A stretch of DNA of 64,000 bases, from positions 3,844,001-3,908,000 of the forward strand of contig OU015567.1 of the NCBI GenBank assembly GCA_907165135.1. The letters run 5' to 3'. Positions 25,406 through 36,970 of the stretch are shown in pieces; the first letter of the stretch is position 1; each line of letters opens with the position of its first letter. The notes under the pieces were generated by a model. That model did no database searches. It saw nothing but the letters and a program-made list of their open reading frames with translations, and was not told the DNA's origin. Origin of the DNA: Oikopleura dioica (lineage: Eukaryota > Animalia > Chordata). Made by a program: the position numbers and the translations under genes.

Positions 25406-25858
25406 TTTCTTGAGAAATCATAAAAAAAACTTAAAACAAGATATTCGTTTATTTATTTGAATGCTCTGAAAACCTTATTTTCTTATTTTATTTCATATTT
25501 TTCAGTTTGTCTGGAGTAACGTTGGAGTCGTTAAAGATAACGTATCCGTTATCAAAGGCACAGTTCATCGAAGCATGTACTTTAGCTTTAGCTTATTTTT
25601 CCCAGCTCAAATAAGTCTCCTGTCATGAAGATTTTTTATTATATTTGATAGGCAACTCAAATTGAAGAGCCTCGATTTCCTCTTTCCCGCCACCTTGAAA
25701 TCACACTGTCTCATCTGCATTACATTTGTTAAAAAAAGCCCGCGCGTAATCATGAAGCATTGAGCGTTCCAATTATCCATTTTTCGCGGAAACTGCCCGC
25801 CGGCGTTCAATTTTAAACCCTTACGATTGAACTATTAAACTGCCACTGGGTCGAAACA

Positions 25859-27288
25859 ATGCTGAGCAAAAAGAAGCTCAAAAGCATTATTTTGATTTTG
25901 GGCACTTGGGCGTTTTTGAATTTTTTGCATGAAGGAATAGTTTACAAATTAAAGGAGAGAAAGCTAAGGAAAGAAACAGAAGTTCAAAAAATCGATTCAA
26001 GCGAGAAGGAAAATAATGAAAAATCTACTGTTGTTTTATTTACCTACTATCGCTCCGGGAGTACATTTACTGGAGAATTATTTAATCAGCATCAAGGTAA
26101 TGAAGATTCTGAGCTAGGCCTACTTGCGGATAACCCTAACCCTAACCCTAACCCTAACGGCTTTTTTTAATGAAGATTGATTTTTTTTTCTTTCAGATGT
26201 TTTTTATCTCTTCGAGCCACTCATCCTGGCTGGAATCGAGACAGGAGCAGAAGACGTCAAAAAAGAACTGCTGATGCGAATTTTCGACTGCGACTTGCCG
26301 AGATACAGCGACTACAGTTCTTCGAAATTGCCTTCTTACGTGAAGGATAGTTGTGGGAGGAAGAACTTTTGCTTTGCTCATGGAACAAAGGAATTTTGCA
26401 AAGAGCCGTTTTGCCCAAACGATTTCACGAAGGAAAGGAAAATGTGCTCAAGGGGACCGTGCAAAGGTTTGTTTTTACTTTTTGAGAAAATTGTTATTTG
26501 CGGTTTTTTAGCGTTTTCTCGTGATGGAGATTTGATTCAAGAAGCGAATCGAATTTGCCACTCGAAACCGGTCAAAGCGATCAAGACCATCAGAATAACG
26601 ACGATTTCGCCGTTTCTTGAGTTTTTCAACGAATTCGACTTTTCGCAAAATTTCAAGTTTGTTCTTCTCATCAGGGATCCAAGAGGAATGCTCAACAGTA
26701 GACTTAGAATTTCAAGAGTTCAAAAACACGAGAAAGACAAGGTAAGGACCGAAATAATTTTCTCCTCACCGAATTCTAGGGCGCCGAAATATCGAAAAAA
26801 GTGATAAAAATATGCAATCAAATTGTCGAAAATATCAAGACCATCACCTCCAGTCACTTTATGCACTCACGAACGATCATTTTACGATACGAAGACGTAG
26901 CTTTGGACCCCAAAAACTATGCAAAGAAAATTTACGAAAAGTTCAACCTTGATTTCACCAAGAATATCGATTCTTGGATCGACGAAAATACCCATCTGGA
27001 TGGAAAAACGTCAAAGATGAATTTTTACGATACACATAGGTACGGCAGGAGTCAATAGGGGGATCCTTACGTTATTTTAAGGGAATCTGCGAAAATAGCT
27101 TTTGACTGGCGAAACGCCCATTCAAACCGAAAAATGCCTTACGAGTTTCTTCAACCGCTTCAGACGGGATGTGCTGAAATGCTGAGCCTAACTGGCTACA
27201 ACGTTTTTCTTCAAAGGAAGAAATGTATAACGATACTCTTCAACCGCTGGTGCCAAATGAAAGCATTGACTTTTTACTTCATCTGTAA
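25859..27288 (+). CDS. Golgi carbohydrate 6-O-sulfotransferase (CHST1/2/4-7 family), copy 1; apparent -1 frameshift near 27204-27208
   Basis: Type II anchor, 5'-PSB YYRSGSTFTGELFNQH then DVFYLFEPL, KTIRI, 3'-PB LIRDPRGMLNSR, LRYEDVALDP. A 5-T run shifts the C-terminal frame relative to copy 2. Confidence 0.85.
26131..26158 (+). repeat. Interstitial telomere-type repeat (TAACCC)4.7 in CHST intron 1 (copy at 31032-31059)
   Basis: taaccctaaccctaaccctaaccctaac. Confidence 0.9.
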
Positions 27289-27326
27289 ATTATATTATTC
27301 AATTAAATATTTAAACAAATATTCGA

Positions 27327-28094
27327 ATGAAAGACTGCATCATTTTCCCTCTTCAAGTGTCGTTGACGTGCGTATTGTAACGGCATCTTCTAAGATTTGC
27401 TTTTTCCTTTTCTCGTGCGTATAAAATGACCCTGACGGAGTGAACAGCTAGAAGTCTGCATAAAATGATACACGGGCAGAACTGCGTTGCCTTAGATATT
27501 GAAGGGGGTTCAGAAGACAAGCCAATACGTATTGGCATAGTTAATTGTAGGGGAAGAGTGATTCTCGACGAAGGTAAACATCATTATATTGACAGAGAAT
27601 AAGGTGATCGATCAGAAAATGACGATGATGCTGTTTACTGCAATGTAATCTGACCAAGACTAGAAGCATTGGTTAAAGATGTCATCAAAGGTCGTTACGT
27701 GATCGGGCACAATATCAACTGTGATGAAAAATTTTTCGAGACGAAGAATTTCTTTTCGGGAAAGAAAATTGATACCGACAAGAACGGTTGGGCTCTAGGA
27801 GAAAGAAGACTGTCATCGAATAAATACGGTCATAATCCCGTCGAGGATGCACAACTTTAACTGAAACTGGCTGTAGGAGACTTACCTCTACCACTTTATA
27901 ATTATACTTTTAAGATCGAACATGGTCTGATCATTCCTCCGAATCAAATGACTATATCAGCTGCCTTGGAAAAAATCGAAGAGAACAGAAGAGCCCATGA
28001 AAAAACTTATCGACTATAACTATCTACTGACAAAAATCAACATGATCATGATCCACAACTATTCAATTATTCTTCAGAGCGATTTCTCAAGTAA
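27327..28094 (+). pseudogene. Decayed intronless DEDDh (REX4/ISG20-like) exonuclease frame, copy 1
   Basis: One frame with CVALDIEG (ExoI), RIGIVNCRGRVILD, VIGHNINCD (ExoII), HNPVEDA (ExoIII), interrupted by six internal stops. Confidence 0.7.
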
Positions 28095-28732
28095 CTGTAT
28101 AAGTTTATTAGGACGTGTTTTTTTTTCATTATTGTAAGAATATTAAGGATTATTTTAAGAGTAAGGGTATAAAGATAGATAAATTAAAAGCAGGGCCTCT
28201 TCATGATATTTATACAATTTGCAGGGATTAAGTGCTTATACATAGGGATTTTGTTGTTTCGTTTATAGATTTTATTATTACTAGGAATAGGGACACAGTT
28301 TATTTAGAAGATAGAGAGCTTAATTTAGATATGGTTAGTAAAATAGATAAAATTTTAGCTACACTTAGGACTAGATTCTCTCAACACAAGGATTTTTTTT
28401 GTTGGGACGACGTTTTGCTTGACACAGATGTTTTTCTCGACAAAACGTCGAATTGCGTTGAGAGAATGAATGGCAGGATAAAGCAAGCATTGCAGGAATC
28501 AAGGAGGATCAGGGCAATCGACCGCATCAAGGTCATAATTAGTGAATTTTCATTAATTAATTTTGATTTTATGTGTAGTTTTAGGAATAAGAAGCGCCCC
28601 ATTAGTGTTAGATCATTGAATCGTCATAAGCGATGTCTAAAGTTAATTCAATTATTTAGGTTTAGAGTAGGAAAGGATCCCAATTTTAGTAAAGTTGTAG
28701 ATACTATCCTATATTCTAACAAGACGGAGTAG
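28095..28732 (+). mobile_element. Mutator-like (MULE) DDE transposase remnant, copy 1
   Basis: RTCFF[T-run frameshift]HYCKNIKDYF resembles the MULE CxxH motif. KTSNCVERMNGRIKQAL resembles the TNNxxExxNxxxK catalytic-Glu motif. One internal stop. Confidence 0.6.
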
Positions 28733-29250
28733 AGTTTACTAGGTAATCCACTCATTCATCCCATTTTTGACTTTTTTGGCTGTTTTTTGACTGTTTTGGC
28801 TGTTTTGACTGTTTCTGTTTTTATAAATTATTTTTCAAATAAATTTATTTATCAGAATATAATTAACAACTTACTCTTATAGGAGATGGTTGACTTCTTA
28901 TTGTGACTTCAATTGTTGATGCGTTCCCTCCTCTAAGCTCAAGCAGCGTTTTCTTCACCAGGTTTTTCGAGCGCGCGTGAGAAAATTGGTCGATCGAAGC
29001 GCGGAGGACTTTTTTGCTGGAAGCGAGCGAGAAGGAGGACGCGCCCTTCCCCACAACTTTGAGAGTCCAAGAATTTTTGAGATAACAACATAATGAAATG
29101 AATATTTTTATTTAAAAAGCGAGCAGAGGTAAATCAAACCATCTCTTCTGTAGATACTTCTTCTTGTGAGTGTGTAACAGTCTCTTCATTCGTTTGGCTT
29201 CTACTGGGACGAGAGGGCTAAAGATGGTCTATATTTCCTTTTGCCATAAA

Positions 29251-30306
29251 TTATGGCCCATAATGATAAACCTGAAAACAAAGTGTTGTCGAAGCCAAAA
29301 TGAGAAGGAGAAGGTTCAGGAAGATCAGCGAATGCTTCAATTTTTGAAAGGGCACTAAGAACTTCCAGTCACGACCAGAATTCCAGGGGGCTGACCGGAC
29401 TGACCAGAGTGTAATATGGGCAACGTGAGGTGCTAAGTCCGAAAGAATGAGGCAAGTGCAGGTGGGTAGGATTAGACACCAAATGAAGACATGCGAGGAA
29501 TATTGACATTGATTCTTCCGCTTCAGTCCGAAAGTTATGAAGATAGGCAAATTTATCCGTCTTATTCCAAAGGCCAAAATTAATGGTACCTAAGTTGAGA
29601 GTACAGTCTTTGAGGGTTAATTCTGATGAACTGGTGAATGCCGCAGTAGTCCTGAGCACCTTATTTGAATATAAGAGATACAGATAATTGTAGCTTCAAT
29701 TATCACTGATAGTCTATCAGAGCCCTGAGGACCTCAAGTTCGGTGGGCCCGTTCCATCTCCGTGCATTCATGGTAGCGTGGTGTCTAATCCTCCTTCCTT
29801 GAAGCTTGTTCACCTGTATTCTTCCCGACTTAGCACCTTACATTGAACATATTACACTCTGGTCAGTACGGTCCACCCCAATTCCAGGAGGACCCGGTGA
29901 CAGCAAAAATGATCAAACCATCAAAGATGATATTTCCGCAAAGAAGAAGGAGAAAGATCCCGGTCTAATTCATTTGTTAAATATTTGTTTCTTTGGCTTT
30001 TTACCAAAATATAGAAGACTTTCTTCTTGACGATCAAATTTTCTTCTTGAGCACTTTGTCGATAATAAGAAATAAAAATACTTGTTCCAAAGCCCGCAGA
30101 AATCATTCCGACAATGGCAGTAGCAATGTTTGAAACCATCAAAATTATTCGAGCGTTAAAAATTGCGAAATGGATGGATAAGTAACTTGGCCAAACAAGG
30201 CTGACTAAAATCAGTTCTCACTTTGACAACCCAAAAGAGTGGTACCTAATAGTAGAATCCATTCAAAAATCCATACCAACGCAAGGAACTCGCGAAAAAC
30301 GCCCAT
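29251..30306 (-). CDS. Putative multi-pass membrane protein (copy 2)
   Basis: Duplicate of 24350-25405. Confidence 0.45.
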
Positions 30307-30759
30307 TTTCTTGAGAAATCATAAAAAAAACTTAAAACAAGATATTCGTTTATTTATTTGAATGCTCTGAAAACCTTATTTTCTTATTTTATTTCATATT
30401 TTTCAGTTTGTCTGGAGTAACGTTGGAGTCGTTAAAGATAACGTATCCGTTATCAAAGGCACAGTTCATCGAAGCATGTACTTTAGCTTTAGCTTATTTT
30501 TCCCAGCTCAAATAAGTCTCCTGTCATGAAGATTTTTTATTATATTTGATAGGCAACTCAAATTGAAGAGCCTCGATTTCCTCTTTCCCGCCACCTTGAA
30601 ATCACACTGTCTCATCTGCATTACATTTGTTAAAAAAAGCCCGCGCGTAATCATGAAGCATTGAGCGTTCCAATTATCCATTTTTCGCGGAAACTGCCCG
30701 CCGGCGTTCAATTTTAAACCCTTACGATTGAACTATTAAACTGCCACTGGGTCGAAACA

Positions 30760-32189
30760 ATGCTGAGCAAAAAGAAGCTCAAAAGCATTATTTTGATTTT
30801 GGGCACTTGGGCGTTTTTGAATTTTTTGCATGAAGGAATAGTTTACAAATTAAAGGAGAGAAAGCTAAGGAAAGAAACAGAAGTTCAAAAAATCGATTCA
30901 AGCGAGAAGGAAAATAATGAAAAATCTACTGTTGTTTTATTTACCTACTATCGCTCCGGGAGTACATTTACTGGAGAATTATTTAATCAGCATCAAGGTA
31001 ATGAAGATTCTGAGCTAGGCCTACTTGCGGATAACCCTAACCCTAACCCTAACCCTAACGGCTTTTTTTAATGAAGATTGATTTTTTTTTCTTTCAGATG
31101 TTTTTTATCTCTTCGAGCCACTCATCCTGGCTGGAATCGAGACAGGAGCAGAAGACGTCAAAAAAGAACTGCTGATGCGAATTTTCGACTGCGACTTGCC
31201 GAGATACAGCGACTACAGTTCTTCGAAATTGCCTTCTTACGTGAAGGATAGTTGTGGGAGGAAGAACTTTTGCTTTGCTCATGGAACAAAGGAATTTTGC
31301 AAAGAGCCGTTTTGCCCAAACGATTTCACGAAGGAAAGGAAAATGTGCTCAAGGGGACCGTGCAAAGGTTTGTTTTTACTTTTTGAGAAAATTGTTATTT
31401 GCGGTTTTTTAGCGTTTTCTCGTGATGGAGATTTGATTCAAGAAGCGAATCGAATTTGCCACTCGAAACCGGTCAAAGCGATCAAGACCATCAGAATAAC
31501 GACGATTTCGCCGTTTCTTGAGTTTTTCAACGAATTCGACTTTTCGCAAAATTTCAAGTTTGTTCTTCTCATCAGGGATCCAAGAGGAATGCTCAACAGT
31601 AGACTTAGAATTTCAAGAGTTCAAAAACACGAGAAAGACAAGGTAAGGACCGAAATAATTTTCTCCTCACCGAATTCTAGGGCGCCGAAATATCGAAAAA
31701 AGTGATAAAAATATGCAATCAAATTGTCGAAAATATCAAGACCATCACCTCCAGTCACTTTATGCACTCACGAACGATCATTTTACGATACGAAGACGTA
31801 GCTTTGGACCCCAAAAACTATGCAAAGAAAATTTACGAAAAGTTCAACCTTGATTTCACCAAGAATATCGATTCTTGGATCGACGAAAATACCCATCTGG
31901 ATGGAAAAACGTCAAAGATGAATTTTTACGATACACATAGGTACGGCAGGAGTCAATAGGGGATCCTTACGTTATTTTAAGGGAATCTGCGAAAATAGCT
32001 TTTGACTGGCGAAACGCCCATTCAAACCGAAAAATGCCTTACGAGTTTCTTCAACCGCTTCAGACGGGATGTGCTGAAATGCTGAGCCTAACTGGCTACA
32101 ACGTTTTTTCTTCAAAGGAAGAAATGTATAACGATACTCTTCAACCGCTGGTGCCAAATGAAAGCATTGACTTTTTACTTCATCTGTAA
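30760..32189 (+). CDS. Golgi carbohydrate 6-O-sulfotransferase, copy 2 (apparently intact)
   Basis: Same motifs. The 6-T run gives C-terminus GYNVFSSKEEMYNDTLQPLVPNESIDFLLHL*. Confidence 0.85.
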
Positions 32190-32227
32190 ATTATATTATT
32201 CAATTAAATATTTAAACAAATATTCGA

Positions 32228-32994
32228 ATGAAAGACTGCATCATTTTCCCTCTTCAAGTGTCGTTGACGTGCGTATTGTAACGGCATCTTCTAAGATTTG
32301 CTTTTTCCTTTTCTCGTGCGTATAAAATGACCCTGACGGAGTGAACAGCTAGAAGTCTGCATAAAATGATACACGGGCAGAACTGCGTTGCCTTAGATAT
32401 TGAAGGGGTTCAGAAGACAAGCCAATACGTATTGGCATAGTTAATTGTAGGGGAAGAGTGATTCTCGACGAAGGTAAACATCATTATATTGACAGAGAAT
32501 AAGGTGATCGATCAGAAAATGACGATGATGCTGTTTACTGCAATGTAATCTGACCAAGACTAGAAGCATTGGTTAAAGATGTCATCAAAGGTCGTTACGT
32601 GATCGGGCACAATATCAACTGTGATGAAAAATTTTTCGAGACGAAGAATTTCTTTTCGGGAAAGAAAATTGATACCGACAAGAACGGTTGGGCTCTAGGA
32701 GAAAGAAGACTGTCATCGAATAAATACGGTCATAATCCCGTCGAGGATGCACAACTTTAACTGAAACTGGCTGTAGGAGACTTACCTCTACCACTTTATA
32801 ATTATACTTTTAAGATCGAACATGGTCTGATCATTCCTCCGAATCAAATGACTATATCAGCTGCCTTGGAAAAAATCGAAGAGAACAGAAGAGCCCATGA
32901 AAAAACTTATCGACTATAACTATCTACTGACAAAAATCAACATGATCATGATCCACAACTATTCAATTATTCTTCAGAGCGATTTCTCAAGTAA
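32228..32994 (+). pseudogene. Decayed DEDDh exonuclease frame, copy 2 (extra frameshift at a 4-G run near 32404)
   Basis: Duplicate of 27327-28094 with GAAGGGG in place of GAAGGGGG. Confidence 0.65.
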
Positions 32995-33632
32995 CTGTAT
33001 AAGTTTATTAGGACGTGTTTTTTTTTCATTATTGTAAGAATATTAAGGATTATTTTAAGAGTAAGGGTATAAAGATAGATAAATTAAAAGCAGGGCCTCT
33101 TCATGATATTTATACAATTTGCAGGGATTAAGTGCTTATACATAGGGATTTTGTTGTTTCGTTTATAGATTTTATTATTACTAGGAATAGGGACACAGTT
33201 TATTTAGAAGATAGAGAGCTTAATTTAGATATGGTTAGTAAAATAGATAAAATTTTAGCTACACTTAGGACTAGATTCTCTCAACACAAGGATTTTTTTT
33301 GTTGGGACGACGTTTTGCTTGACACAGATGTTTTTCTCGACAAAACGTCGAATTGCGTTGAGAGAATGAATGGCAGGATAAAGCAAGCATTGCAGGAATC
33401 AAGGAGGATCAGGGCAATCGACCGCATCAAGGTCATAATTAGTGAATTTTCATTAATTAATTTTGATTTTATGTGTAGTTTTAGGAATAAGAAGCGCCCC
33501 ATTAGTGTTAGATCATTGAATCGTCATAAGCGATGTCTAAAGTTAATTCAATTATTTAGGTTTAGAGTAGGAAAGGATCCCAATTTTAGTAAAGTTGTAG
33601 ATACTATCCTATATTCTAACAAGACGGAGTAG
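32995..33632 (+). mobile_element. Mutator-like transposase remnant, copy 2
   Basis: Duplicate of 28095-28732. Confidence 0.6.
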
Positions 33633-34007
33633 AGTTTACTAGGTAATCCACTCATTCATCCCATTTTTGACTTTTTTGGCTGTTTTTTGACTGTTTTGGC
33701 TGTTTTGACTGTTTCTGTTTTTATAAATTATTTTTCAAATAAATTTATTTATCAGAATATAATTAACAACTTACTCTTATAGGAGATGGTTGACTTCTTA
33801 TTGTGACTTCAATTGTTGATGCGTTCCCTCCTCTAAGCTCAAGCAGCGTTTTCTTCACCTTGTTCGGAAAAAAGACGATTCCTTCGATCGTTTTCATCAC
33901 TGTTCCGACACAGAGGCATTCCAAGCGTTTCACTTTTTCCAGGAGAAGAAGTTTTTAAAAATAAATTCTAGATACTCAAGTATTTTTTGTTGATTCTTGA
34001 GCAAAAA

Positions 34008-34180
34008 AAAATCCCACGAAAAGAATGGCCCGAAATGCGGTTTGGTGGGATTGAAAATCCCATGACAACCGAGGTGCCTGTCGTGGGATTTTGAAAAACC
34101 CACGACAGCATATTTCATTTCATGGGATTAAAAATCCCACGACAGACACTTCAGTGTTCGCAGGATTAAAATCCCACGAG
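34008..34180. repeat. Array of four imperfect palindromes (GTGGGATT...AATCCCAC) with unique spacers, ~38-bp period
   Basis: Units at about 34045-34065, 34079-34107, 34119-34142 and 34158-34179, plus a half-site at 34008-34019. Confidence 0.8.
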
Positions 34181-34387
34181 ACCGCATACCACCGATTTCT
34201 CGCTTGACTTGATTGTCTTATTTTATTGATTAAACAAGGTCCAAGAAAAAATGACATGTGTCGATTCAAATCTTAGCTTTAATATGCGCCTGGCGTTTGA
34301 CAAATAATCAAAAAACGAGCATCTTTTAGAGACTTTTCAGCTCTTGAATATGTACGTTTTTGATCATGAACAGAACTTTGAAATGAT

Positions 34388-34731
34388 TAGGTAAACTTGA
34401 TGAAAAATGAGCTCTTTTTAGAGCTTATAAATCAGGGAGTATGGGTTAGGTGTCCGGTGGTTTTCTATACATATTCTGAACCGTCAGAGCCTCCTCTACA
34501 AGCTAATATAGTGGGCTTTCTCCAGAAGTGGGGAGAAGAAAAGTTACGACCCTCTAACCGAGATTGCCGAAATTTTGGGACTTTGGAAGGCCTAAAACCC
34601 CTCAGGGCATGAGCAAAACCCCCAAGTGTCAATAGTCAAAATGATCCCCAGCTTCTGAGGATTCTAAAGCTGTATTATACTCCCTGATTTATAAGCTCTA
34701 AAAAGAGCTCATTTTTCATCAAGTTTACCTA
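34388..34731. mobile_element. hAT-type MITE
   Basis: Perfect 55-bp TIRs (34388-34442 and 34677-34731) with TAGG...CCTA ends. 8-bp TSD GAAATGAT (34380-34387 and 34732-34739). Confidence 0.9.
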
Positions 34732-34776
34732 GAAATGATTCTTTCCGAATCTTTCATCAAACCAACTGTATTTCAG

Positions 34777-35258
34777 AGGATGACGGGTGCAAGCTTACGA
34801 ATCTAGGGGGAGGAGTCGTCACAGAAGAGAAAGTCAAAAAAGGAACCAGGGAAATTCTGATTTCTTGCGAAAGCGGCAGTCCAAATATTTCAAAGCTCAT
34901 CTGCAGAGATAATCAGTTGTTTTTGTCGAAAAAGGATAAGGAGCCAGTTTCGAGCGATATTGAAATCATATGCGGTAGGAATCACTTTTTCTTCAAAAAT
35001 AATTTTCGTTTTAAAGGTTCTGGCTCGAGTAAAGCCTGTTCAACAATCAATGACTTTTCAAAGCTCTTCAAAAAAGTCCCCGAGGAAAATTTCCAAGTCC
35101 TCAATATCACTGAAACAGCAAGTGGATCAACTGCACAGCTAGAATGCAAACTAAGCGGATACAAGTACGAAGCCACCTGCCAACCATCGAAGAAAAAGCC
35201 AAAGGTCAAACTTGTCGGAAGCAAAGCTGAAAAGAAAAACTTCAATAATTGCAAATAA
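34777..35258 (+). CDS. Small Cys-patterned, Lys-rich protein (last two exons; first exon not resolved)
   Basis: Open exons DDGCKLTNLGG...ISCESG...LICRD...EIIC and KACSTIND...LECKL...ATCQP...NNCK*, joined by a short GT-AG intron. Two 4-Cys modules. Confidence 0.5.
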
Positions 35259-35379
35259 ATGATCAATCTCAAAAATAAAGTCAAATATTGAAATGAGGCA
35301 AATAAGTCCAGTCTTTCCTTTCTTAATTTCCCTTCTAAAGAGCTGGGTCGTCAGACAAAGATACGCAAATCGAGCAAAG

Positions 35380-36065
35380 ATGGATCGGTCGCAATCAGAG
35401 AGCCTCTTTACCGATTCTTCTGCGTCTTTTGAGGAGGTTCCAGTGCAACCAGAAGATGTTGAGGTACTCAAGAGGTAAAACAACGCCTTTGAAATCAAGG
35501 AAGAGACCACTGACCTTTCAGAAACCAACAGGAATCACGAGAGAAGATTAACTCAATCGAAGGTCTTCCCCATCATCTCCGAGATATTTTTCATACTGTT
35601 TCAAATCAGCATTTTGAAGCGAGAATCAATCAGTCGCAGCAAGCCGAGCGACTTTTGGTTCTAAATCGCCAAAATCAACAATTTTCGATCGAGAACCGAA
35701 AGTTGAAAACCGCTCTTGAGGAAACAAAGCAAAGCTTGGCGACAGCAACCGTCGATCGAGATCATTTTTCTCGACGAAAAGACGAGTACAAAGGTAACTT
35801 TCTCATGAGGCCCTTTTTTAAATTTTTCAAAGCGGAGCTGGCGAAGATGGAGAGAGAAGTTGATGAATACAAAGAAGAAGTCAACGCTACTTTCGAACAG
35901 CAAAACTTGAACCTTGAAGCCATGGAAGCCGACTTGATAAAATTCAAGGAGAAAGCCGAAAGACTGGAGCAAGAAAACAATAAACTCAATCGAAAAATCG
36001 CTCAATTCAATGCCCAAGTTGCTCAAATGCACAATCTGACCATTCAAGCAGACGATGATCTCTAA
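35380..36065 (+). CDS. Coiled-coil protein, tandem paralog A
   Basis: MDRSQSESLFTDSS... with short introns. Heptad-rich (SIENRKLKTALEETKQ, RLEQENNKLNRKIAQF). Confidence 0.55.
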
Positions 36066-36250
36066 TTCTGACTCCTGACCTTTCACAGTATTTACTTTTC
36101 CGCCCTTGTTAAGAAATCCTGGCTCTATTTCGCTGTAATAAAAAGAAATAAATTCAACATTGGATCGCGGTCTCGAGTTTATAAGATGTCATTCCTGATC
36201 TATAAAGAAACGGCTAAGCCCGCGAAAATTTGGAAAAAAAAAACAGTAAA

Positions 36251-36776
36251 ATGGACCGATCAGAATCAGAGAGTTATTTGAGTGAGGCAGTTTTTGCTGG
36301 GGTTTCTACTGAGTCTGATGATATCGACCAGCTTGAGAGGTACCACATCAACTCGGTTGATGCATTTAAGGCCATTTAGCGATAAGAACCGGTCAAGAGA
36401 GCTGATTAATGCGATGGACAACACACCTTTTCGGAATATGTTTCAGATGCTTTCTGACTTTCAATTTCAATCAAGAATCGACATAGCAAAGCTATCCCAG
36501 GACAAAATCGTCTTATCCCAAAGAAATATTGAGCTAGAACGGCAGAACAGAAAGTTAAAAGAGCAACAACGAAATTCCGCTTCAAATCAGCAAATGGTCA
36601 TTGAAAAACTAAAAAAAGACCTTGCTAGCCAGTCGGAAAAGGCAGAATACTTCAAGCATCAGACTGAATTGAAAAAAGAAGAAAACGCTCAGTTGAAGAT
36701 CAAAGTCGCATCTGTTGAAGCAAATGCCAATCAAATGATCAATTACATTAATTCCATTCAAAAATCTAAAAAATAA
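36251..36776 (+). CDS. Coiled-coil protein, tandem paralog B
   Basis: ATG 36251 gives MDRSESESYLSE..., then ELERQNRKLKEQQ and ASVEANANQMINYINSIQ. Confidence 0.5.
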
Positions 36777-36970
36777 ATGACCAAACTATTTTGAAAAAGA
36801 CATCATATGACCTCAAAATAAAAAAGAAAAGTGCCCACCCAAGCGACGCCAGAAAAATTGTCAGCCACATAATAATCGTAAATCATTAATCCTCATCAAA
36901 AAACACCTTTGGCCTCCTAGTAAAGCAGGTTCTGAGTTTTGCGTCAATAAGTAAATCACGGTTTGATTAT

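Larger units (their letters stand above)
24059..28959 (+). repeat. Tandem segmental duplication, unit 1 (4901 bp)
   Basis: Identical ORF set repeated at an offset of 4900-4901. Unit starts AGGTTTTTCGAG and ends TTCTTCACC. Confidence 0.95.
28960..33859 (+). repeat. Tandem segmental duplication, unit 2 (4900 bp)
   Basis: The only differences I noticed from unit 1 are three homopolymer-length changes. I did not do an exhaustive base-by-base comparison. Confidence 0.95.

Noticed and set aside
27327-28732. Alternative genetic code (stop reassignment) explaining the in-frame stops
   Set aside because: Both TAA and TGA interrupt the frame, flanking genes use the standard code, and a frameshift is also present. 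Ordinary decay is simpler.
28863-29054. New chimeric ORF created at the duplication junction
   Set aside because: It starts at GTG rather than ATG, is only 63 codons, and may not exist if the duplication is an assembly artefact.
34008-34180. CRISPR array
   Set aside because: Eukaryotic context, only four degenerate repeats, spacers too short (10-16 nt) and no cas genes.
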